Below the pieces are notes generated by a model that searched no databases, was not told the origin of the DNA, and worked only from the letters and a program-made list of their open reading frames with translations. Both the position numbers and the translations under genes were made by a program. From Octopus sinensis (lineage: Eukaryota), in the NCBI RefSeq assembly GCF_006345805.1, contig NW_021831286.1:186001-250000 (forward strand): 64,000 nt of DNA, given 5' to 3'. Of this stretch, positions 36,138-48,329 are shown in pieces; within the stretch, counting starts at the first letter, position 1, and every line of letters starts with the position of its first letter.

Positions 36138-39100
36138 ATGAACATTAATGAAAAGAGTATTATTATATTATTAAATTCCAGAATTCAATCTCAACAAATT
36201 CACCAAAAATGCCCTATTAAACGATGTTATCATTATTAACTGTCTAAAGTTAAAATAGATTCGGAGCAGTGGCGATTTAAGAGCATCAGAAGTAAACAAA
36301 TGCATTGATACACTCTCTCATTTTGTCTACATGTTACAAACCGTAATAAAAACCACTAAACTATAACTCTAGGGCGAAAAATTGACAGATTCTGAACGAA
36401 CAGACACGTTTTTTGCAATAACAAGGCTCTTCAAGTTCACAACAGTAGAAAATGATGAATTTAACAATTTAGCCCACTTTGAGGAGATTTTGCTATTTGG
36501 CCATCCGTGAATTGAGCCCTGATCCCACCTCAGCCATTGCTATTTATAATTTGTACATTTTTTGTGATCTATTTAGTGTCGTGAAGGATATGGGAGATCA
36601 GGTCTGTCCTTCCATTTTTAAATTTAGACTGAAAATATCAGTTCTGCTGCATTTAAAGTCGTGTGGAGTATTTATGAGGTTTTTCTTTGACTTTGTTTGA
36701 CAAAACAGAAAGATTTGTTTCAGTCTGCCAACATGTTGCGTAGTTTTCGTCAATCTATCGACAATCACGCCAGGACATCCACTTGTCATGCCCTTGCTGT
36801 CCTAAACGTATGATTTGACTCAAAATTAGGAAGGAATTGATTGTTGAGTGTCCTGAGATTGGGAAAGCAGTCCAAGCCTCAGTTCGTCAGATCTATTCCC
36901 AGTCAAATAACAAAGTAATGCAGGTTTAGTCTTCCCAATATGTTTTTATAGTACCACTCTGCAGTTTTGATGTACAAATTGAACATGAGGGATAGTGGGA
37001 CTGTCCAGCAGAATATAATTGACGATAGATCTGCATTTCAGTACACCATTTGTTATAATGTAGTATAAAATGTGTTATTTTTAGATCAGGGTGGCTTTAA
37101 AAATCTTAAAAAACAACGTTTTCTCGGAAAAGTAGGGATTTGGTTTCTAATTTGAAGAATTCGGGATTTGTATTTGTTTATTAGCAGAAATATGTGCAGT
37201 AAGAAGAAAATGGTGGTACTCGAAGCCTCGGCGGCCATTGCTGAATATTTCGAGCACAAAAACAGCTCACCTCTTGGCGATGAAGTCAAAATGAAGGACA
37301 CCAAGCTCATAATCGCATCAATGTTCACTTATTTGAGTGATTCCGAACCTGCGCTGAAATTTATGGCTCTCAAAATACTTAACAAGGTCAGAATGGGTGA
37401 CAATATGAACAGGCCATCGACAGTAGCATTGAAATTCCCGGCAAGAACATTGACGTTCTGCACAATTTGTTAAACGACCCAAATCGCTGTGTGGTAACGT
37501 TGGCGTTGAATGTGCTTCTGAAAGTTGGATTGTTTTTTGTTTTTAGGTATGTCCCGAAAACAGTGTGGAAAAGCTAATGAAACGACTGAGTGGAATGATG
37601 AAAGAAATCCCCGACCAGTTCCGTACAATCGTTATTGAGTCAATAAAGTTATTGTTTTTTGTATTCTTGTAGAAACGTGGCAAAAAAATTTGTGAGGACA
37701 CATAAGTATCTGATGAAGTTTCTTACTCAAATGTTTCGAATTCAAGTTATTTGTGTTTTGGACGTGTTTAGAGTGGTCCAAAGTGTAAATCGGCGATTGT
37801 GAGTGCAATCAATGAAATGATCCGAGAAAATCCTTCTTCAAGGGAAATTGGTGTGTTTGTCTCGTTTTATTTAAGGACTTCTCAATTTGTGTGAACTTAT
37901 CGAAGACTGTGACGAAAGTTCGATTACAGTGAGGATTCTGTATTCGCTGTCCACTGAAGCTTCGAATACCCCCAATCCTTTTCGATTTATTCGATTTATA
38001 TACAATCGAATTACTCTGGACGTCCCAAGAGTGCGTGCTGTTGCTGTGTCGACTTTGGCCTGGATAGGACTGACCTGTGCTGATTTATCCCAGACCATTG
38101 CCACTATTCTTGGAAGGTTCCTGTTTTGAAATTTTGTAGACTTTTGACCGACATGAACGACGAGATCAGAGATCGGGCAACGTTTTATCATTATCTGCTC
38201 AAATCTGGGTGTAGTCTAAAGTCACTAAGTAAGATTGTACTGCTATGATAGGAATGACTGTGAGGCTGGAACCACTAAGGCTTGCCTTGGTTCAATACAA
38301 GTCCAACTCGCAGAGTGAGCCTTTCAGTACTGATGCTATTTCTGTCCCCGTTTACTCCCCCTGTAAAGAAAAGGGTAATTGTATTAATGTATAATTTAGT
38401 TGTCTCGTTGAAACTACTAACGATATTTATGAAGGTGTGGTTTATTTAGCATTACTTAGAACACTGTTTAATATATGAGGGAATTGGAAACGTTGTCAAA
38501 ATGTGCAGTCAAGTTGTCAATTTGAGTGATCAGGAATCGGACTTTGTTGTAAAATGCCACAAATTGGTATATTCCAATTATATTGTCCTTGTGGTATGTG
38601 ATATTCCTCATACAAATAGTTCCATGTGGATAACACTCTCCCAGACGTGGGAATAAGAGACGTGTTTGTGGAGACGAACCCATCCCATCAGACCCAATAT
38701 CATGTAGTCAGGCAGACACCGGCAGATATTATTGACGGGGAGTCATTTGGACTGACATCGACTCTGTTCTGTCTTCCTAGCGACGAATACAGTCGTACTT
38801 TGTCGATATTTATCTCAGGCAGTGCTGAATTTAAATGCACTCTCCGATTCGGACTATGCGAGGAAGACTCTGAGGGATCCCCGGAGAGATATGAAGTATA
38901 TTTATGACTTGATTGGTAGTTGGAGAAGATTTGCATTAATTTTGCTGATTTTGTGTGCAGTCCTCAATTTGCGGGGGACTTTAAGATCGCATGGAGTGAG
39001 TTGGGTGAGGAAAATGGACGTGTCGAAGTTTTTAATTTGCCCGGACAACGACGAATTGGAGGTTATACATGTTTTATAATCTTTAGATGCTGTTGATTTG

Positions 39101-39334
39101 TTGGTCAACTTTTATGGACTTGTTCCAATTGAAGGAAGTGAAACAGTCGGGAATGACCAGAAAATGTCTCATACTTTAATGATGGGAGGACAAATAAATG
39201 GGGAAGATTTGTTAGTTATTGCAAAATTGGTTGTGAGTTCGGGGGACGAGGGGAATCAGATTATCGTGGAGTTGTCTGCTCGTTCACTCAACCTCGAGTT
39301 GGCTGATTTATTTATTAGTTTATTATACTCCTAA
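36138..39334 (+). CDS. COPG: Coatomer subunit gamma
   Basis: TDTFFAITRLF, PTLRRFCYLAIRELS, EPALKFMALKILNKV, LCELIEDC, PNPFRFIRFIYNRITLD..VRAVAVSTLA, and C-terminal SHTLMMGG..ELSARS; many micro-introns. Confidence 0.93.
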
Positions 39335-41479
39335 TTAACTTGATTGTAATTGGTTTATTCCTAATTGAAAGATCTCAATGGCGGTCAATCTCTAAATGAG
39401 ATTGAATCCTTAGAATGGATTTATGCTTTGGCAGTTTTGAAGACTTGTCTGATTTGGTTGAGTTATTGGCCAAATAAGGACTGTTTCTTAAGCCAATAAA
39501 TAGAATAAGTGTAACTGTAAAACTGTCAGACATTCGGAGCATTGGAAAAACGATTAAAAACTGGAAAGCCATTAAAAATATAAATTGAATCATTAAACAG
39601 AACTTTTCCCGTTCATTCGACCTGAATAATTTGCACACAATTAAGTCGAGCACACAATTCCTTAGTTTCAAGGAATTGATTCACAGGACGTAATAAATTT
39701 AGTCATTTGAATGTCGGTTTATCAAATTGAGTGGCATACGGGACGCATTAGTTCTGTTCTGAGAGTGTTCAGGTCATGTCAAAAAAGCTGTGTTTTCCGA
39801 TGCGACAAGAATAGGAGGCCTGTTTGGACAAGTCAGAAAAGCCGGACACAGTTATATTCCGACAGTTGCTATTAAATGGTTTAGCCGGGGAAATAATTTT
39901 GACATCGATATTATAAAATTGGTTCTTTCTTTTTTTAATTATGTTCTAGGTTTTGAAGAAAGTGAAGGTAGTCGAAGTGAGATATATGCCCGAGAAGGAC
40001 TTTAAGACGTTTGGTTATAAAAATAAACTGTTTTTTTATTTGTACGTGCAATTTGAGGAGTATTCGTCATTTGTTCGACCAATTGGATTTATAAGGAATA
40101 TCAAGTTGTTGTATTCCATATGTACATTAACAGTCGATAATAATCATATGACAAATCACGAAGGCTGCCTCTGTTCAAAAACAGCAACCAAAGTTAAAAT
40201 GAACAGTATCTCGTTCCGAATTAAAGAACGTAGTCAGAATAGTTCGTATGCAAGGTCTAAACCCAGAAAGATCAGCGTAAACAATAAAGATCTAGTTAAA
40301 CTAACGAGAACGTATAAACAGGAAACCTATATGTTCTGGTTGTGAAGAGTCTTTCCAAACTGATCAAGCGGTGCTCTGGAAATTTGCCTGCTTTAAAGTA
40401 TGATGCTGCTCTCTCGTAAAACTCAAGCACCGTGCTTCTATTCCATTTGAATATTGTTATTCAATTTTTTTATTTATCTGTTTAAAAAGCTACTCTTCCC
40501 CAGAATTAGATATTGAAAAATATATCATTATTAGATTATTGACTACTTGTTAAATTATTTATATTCTATAATATATTTTTTTTCGCCTTAAACGGAGGTA
40601 TGTGGTCAATATGTTAATGATACAATTCAAATTTAGATATTGTTTAAGAATTAAAATTTTGTGATTATTCATCACTAATAACTTAAAAAATTGTCGATAT
40701 TTTTGTTATTTGTGGGATTTTAATTTGTAGTAAAAATAGTTTACAAAATTATAGACAAGTTTTTAAAACTAATACTGATGTGTTTAGAAATTATTTCAAA
40801 ATCAAATCTCACCTATTCCGGTCCATCTCAATTCCTGTTTTCTGAAAATGTTAATTTAATTTTCTTTTTTATTTAAAACTTATTTAAAAAAGACAGTGAC
40901 TGAAATGTCTCTTTAATAAACAACAATACCGAAAGAACGATTCGCGTAAATTAACCTGACTTTAAAAAGATTTTTTATTGTCATTTTGCTATTCGAACAT
41001 CCATGGATTAATGAATCTACATCATTTTACATGTTCACACATTCTAGCTTATCTGACTCTGTTTTATAAATAAATTGGTAATATTTAGTAAATTTCTGTT
41101 AATGCATCAATATTTATAATTTATTTATGAAACCATAACTAGGTCAATATAAATTTAATAAGGTCTAATAAATATTAATTGTATTGTAAAAAAACAATTA
41201 TTGATAGCACTAAAACAACATGTTAAATGCAGGGTAATGACACTACTTTGTCATTTTATGTTTTATTTGACATTAACATATTTGAAATGCATTCACGTTA
41301 ATGAGTTATTAATTATAAGGCTCAATGTACATAATAAATAAAACAATTAGTGGATATGTTTTCTATCCTCTAATTATCACCCTAAAGATTAGAACAAGAT
41401 GAAAACAAACAGCTTTATAAATATGTTTTTTGTCCAGTAATTATTATTCTATTGATAAAAACAAGATAAAAATATGATT

Positions 41480-41870
41480 TTTAAAAAACTATAAAGTTTT
41501 TAGATATAAATTATTTTCTAGTATTTTTTCTGGTAGCAAAATTAAATCTCTCATATAAGAATCCTTCGATATTAAATCTGCATTCCAACAAGGTTTTGAA
41601 TACATATGTGTAGATATTTTGCAATATTTACAGAAACGGTGTTTGCAATAACTGCAGTTAACCATTTTGTTTTTATAATGTACAAATTTGTCCAATTTAC
41701 AGAGTGGGCACTGAACATTCCATCCAGAACCTATTTCGCTCTAAAAATTATTTACATAATTTTCTAGCCAATTCTTTATTTTGGAAATGTTCATTTTTGT
41801 GTCTTTTATTTGATTTGTAATTTTCTGGCGGAATATTTTCTTTATTATCAGTATTTTCAATACGAGAGCA
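41480..41870 (-). CDS. IBR-domain (RBR E3 ligase-like) exon(s); full gene structure unresolved
   Basis: QCPLC-x11-CSYCKHRFCKYCKISTH-x4-C fits the IBR C6HC pattern; an in-frame TAG upstream must be spliced out, or the gene is a pseudogene. Confidence 0.55.
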
Positions 41871-42819
41871 TAAAAAATTCATATTCTAAACACCAATGAT
41901 TCAATAATATTTAGTATCCCGTCATAAATTTTATATATGTTAGTAGCACGTACTTCTATCGTAGATCGATTAGTTTGAATTGTCTGTTAAAAATTAAAAA
42001 ATAATTCAAATCAATTACCATTTTTAGCAATATAATTTTTTGTTTAGGTTGACTAGTTAACCATAATTTTAACTACATATTCATCTGACACTTTGTTATT
42101 TGATTTTCCATTTAAACTAAATAAAACAATTTGAATCATTATTATATCCATAATTTTTTCATATCAACTTAAAATAATTTTATCTATATGAATTATAATA
42201 GAAAATTACAAAATTATTGTAATTTCACTTCTGATATAAAACTAGGACATTGATTGTTAAATAATTTTATACGCACGTAATCTTGGAAAAAATTGTAATA
42301 ATTATAGTTGCTATATAATTTAAATTACCAAAATTCAAACATTCTACTTAATTCGTAATTTTTTTAACAAAATCTTTAAATTGATATTAAAAATTATAAT
42401 GAATGTCTATTAAACTAATATATGTAAATATACCAATAAATATTACATAAAAATAGAATTGAATTATTATTTTAAGAATTAGAAATGAAACAGAAAGTAA
42501 CTTTTTCGCTAAAATCTAGGTTTTTAAAAGACAAATCTGGTGATTGTGATTATTTTTATACTAAAACAGTAAAAAAAGTTTGAGATGAATACTTATTTGT
42601 AAGGTTTGGCTCACTCAAATACTAATTTTCAATAATAGGTTACAGCAATTGAAATCAAGTTCTACTTAAAAAATAATTAACTTCCAGTACTTTTATTCAA
42701 TAAGTGGTTATAATTCATTCAATAAACTATTATTATTTTAAATCAATTCAAAACCACCAGCTAAAAAGCAGCAAAACAACTTCTTTTTCTAACAAAATAT
42801 TTGAAAATGAAAAAGAGAA

Positions 42820-43265
42820 TTTAACTAAATTAGATGAGTCGCCAAGTAGATGGACAGGAAATTTCCACGTAATATCGCGAACGATATCCGCTGAAAATGC
42901 CAGCTCGTTTCACGACTGTCGTGACTCCTCGAGATGATTAAACCAATCTCTGAGCGCTTTGGGTCTAATTATCCCACTGGTCTCGAAACCAGAGAATGAA
43001 GCAGCAGGTATCGGTCAACGAGCCATATTTTGCAGTTTTCCTAGATTCTGCAAGGGGAGATGCAGATCCAGGACGAGAAGCGGAGTCAATCAGCGATGAT
43101 GAGGAAAATGACTCTACGCAGGTAACATCCCACACGAGTGCCATTCCCTCCCTGAACGGGAATAAAGTCGACCCATCAGGACGTTTTCCGTACTCACGGT
43201 CTAGTCCTATCGGTTCTAACATTGAGGGGAATCCAGCGGCGTTAAGCGCGCGCTTCACCGAACCC
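42820..43265 (-). mobile_element. CRE-like RLE 3' fragment
   Basis: KRALNAAGFPSMLEPIGLDREYGKRPDG..LVWDVTC..AESRKTAKY and QRISFAILRGN. Confidence 0.85.
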
Positions 43266-43585
43266 TCAATTAGTTATGCTTGTGGGGCGTGGGGAGGGTT
43301 TGTCAGTGAAACGAACCATGAAAAAATCGAAAAAACTCAAGAAAGATTTCGGAAAGCACTACAAGGACCGAATGAACATCTATCCATCGCCTCATTTAAA
43401 GAAATCTTGTGAAGGAACCATGGGCCTACAAGCCCTAAAACTCCACCACCGCGTCCTCATAGAAATTGTGCTGGGACTAGGGATCAGCATCGGGCAAAGA
43501 TGAGGACCCTCCTCAGAGAAGCCGGGATTATCTGATTAATTAGTTCTATGTTTTGGACGGTGATCTTGGTTTTAATAATAATAAT
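43266..43585 (+). mobile_element. Jockey/I-like LINE 3' end with (TAA)n tail
   Basis: SYACGAWGGF.SETN.EKIEKTQ; the ORF ends TLLREAGII*; tail taataataata at ~43573. Confidence 0.6.
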
Positions 43586-44516
43586 AGCTGTGTGTTATTA
43601 ATGTTAATCTTTTTTATCTTAGTTAAAAATAGAGTTAGCCGATATACTCCATTTATTCATAAAACATATTCACATGTCACAGAATAGTTTTCCAAAACAT
43701 TATAAGCATTCAAATAAGCTTAAATGTGGACATTATTTTTAACATTTTTTACAATTCTCCACGTTCTGACTGATATTGAACATGTTCACTGTCTAAAGTT
43801 ATCCCTTAATATTTCTCTTGCTGATAAAAGAGTAAAAAGTATTAAAAAATGAGTATGTTGATTTTATTGTTAGAATACTTAACATCTTTAGATCAACCTG
43901 TATTTTTGTAATACATAAACTCATGTATCCGGTCAGCAAGTGCTCTCCGGGAGAAAATTTTTTGCATACAAATAAGTTTGGCCAACCTTAACCAATCACA
44001 ATATAAAGTTTCCAAATGATGCAATTCCAGTCATTGAATAAAAGTACTATAAATAAACTAAGATTAAAGTTTTCAATTTCATCTGAATATAATCGGTCTT
44101 ATCATATAAATAGTAGAAATTATTGATTGATTCAAGATATGGTTATACTTGAATTCCATCTTTTTTTAATGTTCTCTTGGTGGCTTAAATTAGCCCGCAT
44201 TGGAACACCAAGAAGACACTGACTCGTCCATATAACGGGAAATTGAATTCTGTGATAAATGGAATGATCCAGACTTGTAGAGAAGTTTCCTTGAAAATGT
44301 GTCTTTTAAATCTAAAATGCAAGATTTAATTAATAGACTGTTTCAGTACTCCAATTTTTACACGTCGATTACTTCGAACTTATCGAACGTCTTTTTTCAA
44401 CACTCCGACTCGGCTCCATCTTTCATTCTTTCTGTCCTGTTGTAGAAGCATTGTATCCAACTGTCAATTGTGTGTAGTTGACTGCAGATATTTTTATCCG
44501 ATTACATCATATAGGC

Positions 44517-46109
44517 CAGTGGTTCTCAACGGTGGGCGATTCGCCCCCTAGGGGCGATTTTTTCTGCCAGGGGGGCGATTGCTGATTGCTAATATTTGAA
44601 AAATTAAAATCTTATGTTAGAAGTCGATAATCTTTGAAAAAATAAAAATATATAATCGAATCTAATATTTTATATATTTATTAAAATTTTTTTTTTTTAT
44701 ATATTCACATATTATATGTATTTAAATTTTTAAGCGTGATTTCTAGTTATCTTTATGGGTCGTGTTCAAAAAAAAGTCAGAATGTATAAAGATGAATATA
44801 TTTCTCTTGGATTTATTAAAGATCCTCAAGATCCTAATAAACCACTTTGTCTTCAATGTGGTACAATTTTTTCGAATGAGGCAATGAAACCGTCTCGTTT
44901 GATTGAACATTTAAAGCGAAAACATCATAATTCAATTGGAAAAAAGCCAGACTTTTTTCTAGAATTAAAAAAGAATTTTGAAAATAAAAACACCTTACCG
45001 TCAATCTTTAATAAAAATATATCTCAAAATGTCTCTGGATTATCTTATTCATATAAAGTTGCAGAGATAATCGCAAAAACTGGTTGCATTATTATTTTAA
45101 TTTATAGGTAATGCCCATTCGATTGCAGAAAATGTCATCCGTCCTTGTTTAAATTTATTTATAAACGATATCTTACAAAAAGATTCTTCAAATATTATGA
45201 AGACTATTCCATTAAGCAACGACACTATACGAAGAAGAATTGATGAAATTTCTAATGAAATTGAACAATCTTTAATTTTATTTCTCAGAGAACGCAAGTT
45301 TTCAGTCCAACTTGACGAATCAGTTGTCGTTGATAATCAGTCAATTTTGATGGCATATGTAAGGTATTACTTTTTATAAATACTTTTTATAAAGATATTT
45401 CGATGATGATTCTATTTTGCAAGAAGAGTTATTATTTGCAAAATCTTTAGTCACGGATACTACAGGATTGTCAATATTCAAAATGTTTGAATCTTATTTA
45501 TTCTTAAATGATATTCCATTTGAACATATTTTATCGTGCGCAACTGATGGCGCAATGGCTATGGTTGGAAAATATCGTGTTTTTTTTAGCTTTTCTAAAA
45601 CAAAAATCTCCAATGTCCACTTCAATTCATTGTATTTTACATCGGCATCATTTAATAGCAAAAAAATTATCTGAAGAATTGAATGCATCAATGCAAATTG
45701 TTATCAAAGTTATCAATAAAATTAAAAGAAACAGCAAGTACGATCGTGTTTTTCGTGAATACTGCACTAATCAAAATGAAGATTATGTTAGGTTACTTTT
45801 ACATACCGAAGTAAGATGGTTATCCAAGGGAAATTGTCTTGAAAGATTTGTGATATTAATAAATAGTATGATCGGAAAAAAAAGAAACAAACTAAATATA
45901 GAAGAAAGAGGCGACATTAGAATTACACTTACGAAAAGAAGTACAAATTTTGAAAAACTTGTCAATCTTCATCAACCACAAGGATCTCATTAAAACTCTT
46001 ATTTTGTAAATAAAAATTTTTACAAATGAAATAAGGGGGCGATATAAAAATTGGAGGGGCGAAAAAAATTCCAAGGGGACGATACAAAAATAAAGGTTGA
46101 GAACCACTG
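44517..46109 (+). mobile_element. hAT (Buster/Charlie/ZBED5-like) transposon with an intron-containing, internally deleted transposase
   Basis: Perfect 14-bp TIR CAGTGGTTCTCAAC; 8-bp TSD ATATAGGC (44509-16, 46110-17); BED PLCLQC..NEAMKPSRL.EHL, PLSNDTIRRRI, FSVQLDES, TDGA, HC..HR, LLHTEVRWLSKGNCLERF, C-terminal QGSH*. Confidence 0.95.
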
Positions 46110-46162
46110 ATATAGGCCAAACAACTAATTTACAGGTAGAAAAAGGCTATCTCCATACCTCA

Positions 46163-47193
46163 TGTCGCAAGCCGAGACTGAAACCATGACAGCTATCATC
46201 AATGCCAATTCTTGTCAAAAATATTATTATTAAGAGCTCTCCCGCAAGATGAGAACGACATGTTGACATCTCGCTTACGTCGGCCACACTTTTTTCGTAA
46301 AGATCAAGACAGAAAAAGAAACTTGCTAATCCAAACGAAGTCATGTGTCTACAGTGAGATTCGAACCCAGGAGCTTCGCTAAAAGTCAAAAATAAGATAA
46401 TCAAATATTTTTCAAAGAAAACATTAACTAATTATTTTTAAGTATCTTTTCAAGGCGTTTAGAATGCACCTTCCTCACTATTCTCTCACTATCTTTAACA
46501 TTGACAAAATTGTTGGAAAATTTTGCAACAATAGTAACAGCATCTCTGTAGGGATGCTCAAACCTTTGCAGACGTAGTAAGTGATTAGTTTTATGATTTT
46601 TCTGAATACAAACCCTTTGAGTATTCCATTGTCATCCTGAGGAGCAATGTCTTCTCGATCGATAGTAGTTTAAGACCTAGACTGCCTTTGGTTTATTAAT
46701 TTGATACATTATCTCCAATTTTAAATTCATATTTCAATCCATGCACTCCCATCTTTTTATTTATCCTTTTATAATAAGCAGAATTTAGGTCTATCCGAGG
46801 AAAACCAAAATTCTAATCACCTTTTGTAAAATTATAAATCTTCATTACATGTTTTGGGAATGTCTTTACGGTCTGGTTCTGTTGATTCAGCAATATTATG
46901 CACACTTTCCAAGTTTTCTTCACCGTCTGTCTGCGTTAAGTATTTTTCTCAATGGTGTTGTAGCTCGGGATGCCTCGATTTTCCTAAACGGACTAATACC
47001 TACTGAAAAATAAAAGCACAAATTGACCTGTGCATCCAGAGCGTTATGCTCACAATAATTTGTTTCGTACATTTCTTGAAGATGATTTTCATTTTTTCTG
47101 TGTTTGTTGTAGTTATAACGAGCTTGTGAAGTCGATGTTATGACAGCTGTCATGATTTCAGTCTCGGTTCGGTTTCACTCTCGGCTTGTGACA
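46163..47193 (-). mobile_element. Ginger-like (Gypsy-integrase DNA transposon) deletion derivative
   Basis: Inverted termini TGTC(G/A)CAAGCCGAG...GAAA(C/T)CATGACAGCT; TGT...ACA ends; flanks CCTCA / CCTTA; internal GISPFRKIEASRATTPL resembles the integrase C-terminal G.SPF..L.GR..RTP motif. Confidence 0.6.
46224..46384 (-). mobile_element. SINE family B copy with tRNA B-box
   Basis: CCTGGGTTCGAATC B-box; 10-bp TSD GTCAAAAATA at 46214-23 and 46385-94; (TAA)n tail. Confidence 0.85.
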
Positions 47194-47334
47194 CCTTACA
47201 ACTGTAATTTACTCAATATTAAACAAACTATTTGTAAACTAGTCATTTTTAAATCACTTTTTATTAACAATAAAAGGTTTCATTTTTATACCAACGAATT
47301 CCTTTATTAATGACGGAGAGAAACGGAGTAAGTA

Positions 47335-47415
47335 ATATGGCAGCGGCAAGGACGCAGTGTGAGTTGCCGTGAACGATGGCCAGGCCGATGCGCTGGCGGA
47401 ACCAGAAAGGTTTCA
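47335..47415 (-). mobile_element. Extreme 3' tip of a CRE-like element
   Basis: FRQRIGLAIVHGNSHCVL matches the CRE C-terminus seen at 7020-7080; GC-rich patch in AT-rich DNA. Confidence 0.6.
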
Positions 47416-47419
47416 TTAA

Positions 47420-48183
47420 ATTAGATTTATCTGTGCCTATTATGAAAAAAAGGATAATATATTTCTGATAAATTTTGAAATTCATTTTTAGTAAACAATT
47501 CAAAATCTTGTAAGAATTTTATTGAAAAATATTTCTAAACGCTATTTTTAAAACAAGAGCTAATTTCTTAAATTCTCAACAAACTGTCTTGAATAAATGA
47601 TATATTAATTATTTTATATAAATACATATCTAAAAACAGCCTCAATTACACATTAAGTGACAATTTTCTGACCAAGAATCCGCATTAGATTGTCTTACAT
47701 CATTTGAAGTCAGAAAATAGACATTAATATGACTCAAACAAAATATTAACGATGAATTCTGATTTGAGTAAATTAGATTTGCTACAAAATATAAATTTTT
47801 TTATCAATGTGCTTTTTGGACCAATCAGTAATGTCTCCAATTTTTTGTGAGCTTATTGACTTGAATATATTCAGGAAAATTAAAAAAACTATTTAAAAGA
47901 GCAATAAATCGAAAGATCACACATTCTTTAGATTGTCAGATATTTGTGATAGTCTAGATATAGCATCAGAACACTTTTCGTATGCTGCTTCAATTTCCTC
48001 CATTTTTATTAGCAGTCGGGGATCACAAATTGATATTTGTTCGACCTCAAGCTTCCCAAACTGTGCTATACTTAATATTTCGGCATTGTTACTCTGAATT
48101 TTAATTATTGTTTCATGGAGAAATTGTAAATCATTTTCTATCTTTGCTATTTCTTCCTGGAGAATTGATGATTTATCGTCCAT
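47420..48183 (-). CDS. Hypothetical helical/coiled-coil protein; first exon clear, remainder uncertain
   Basis: 88-codon ATG-initiated ORF MDDKSSILQEEIAKIEND... followed by a GT donor; downstream frames are fragmentary. Confidence 0.35.
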
Positions 48184-48329
48184 CTATAAAAGTAATTTAT
48201 TACTACGTACCACATAAACACACAAAAACTTTTAATAAAATTTAACTCTATTAAATAAATATAAATCAATAAAATTAAATTTATAAAAAAGTTTAAAAAT
48301 TGTCCGAAAGTTAACAAATTTCATTAAAT

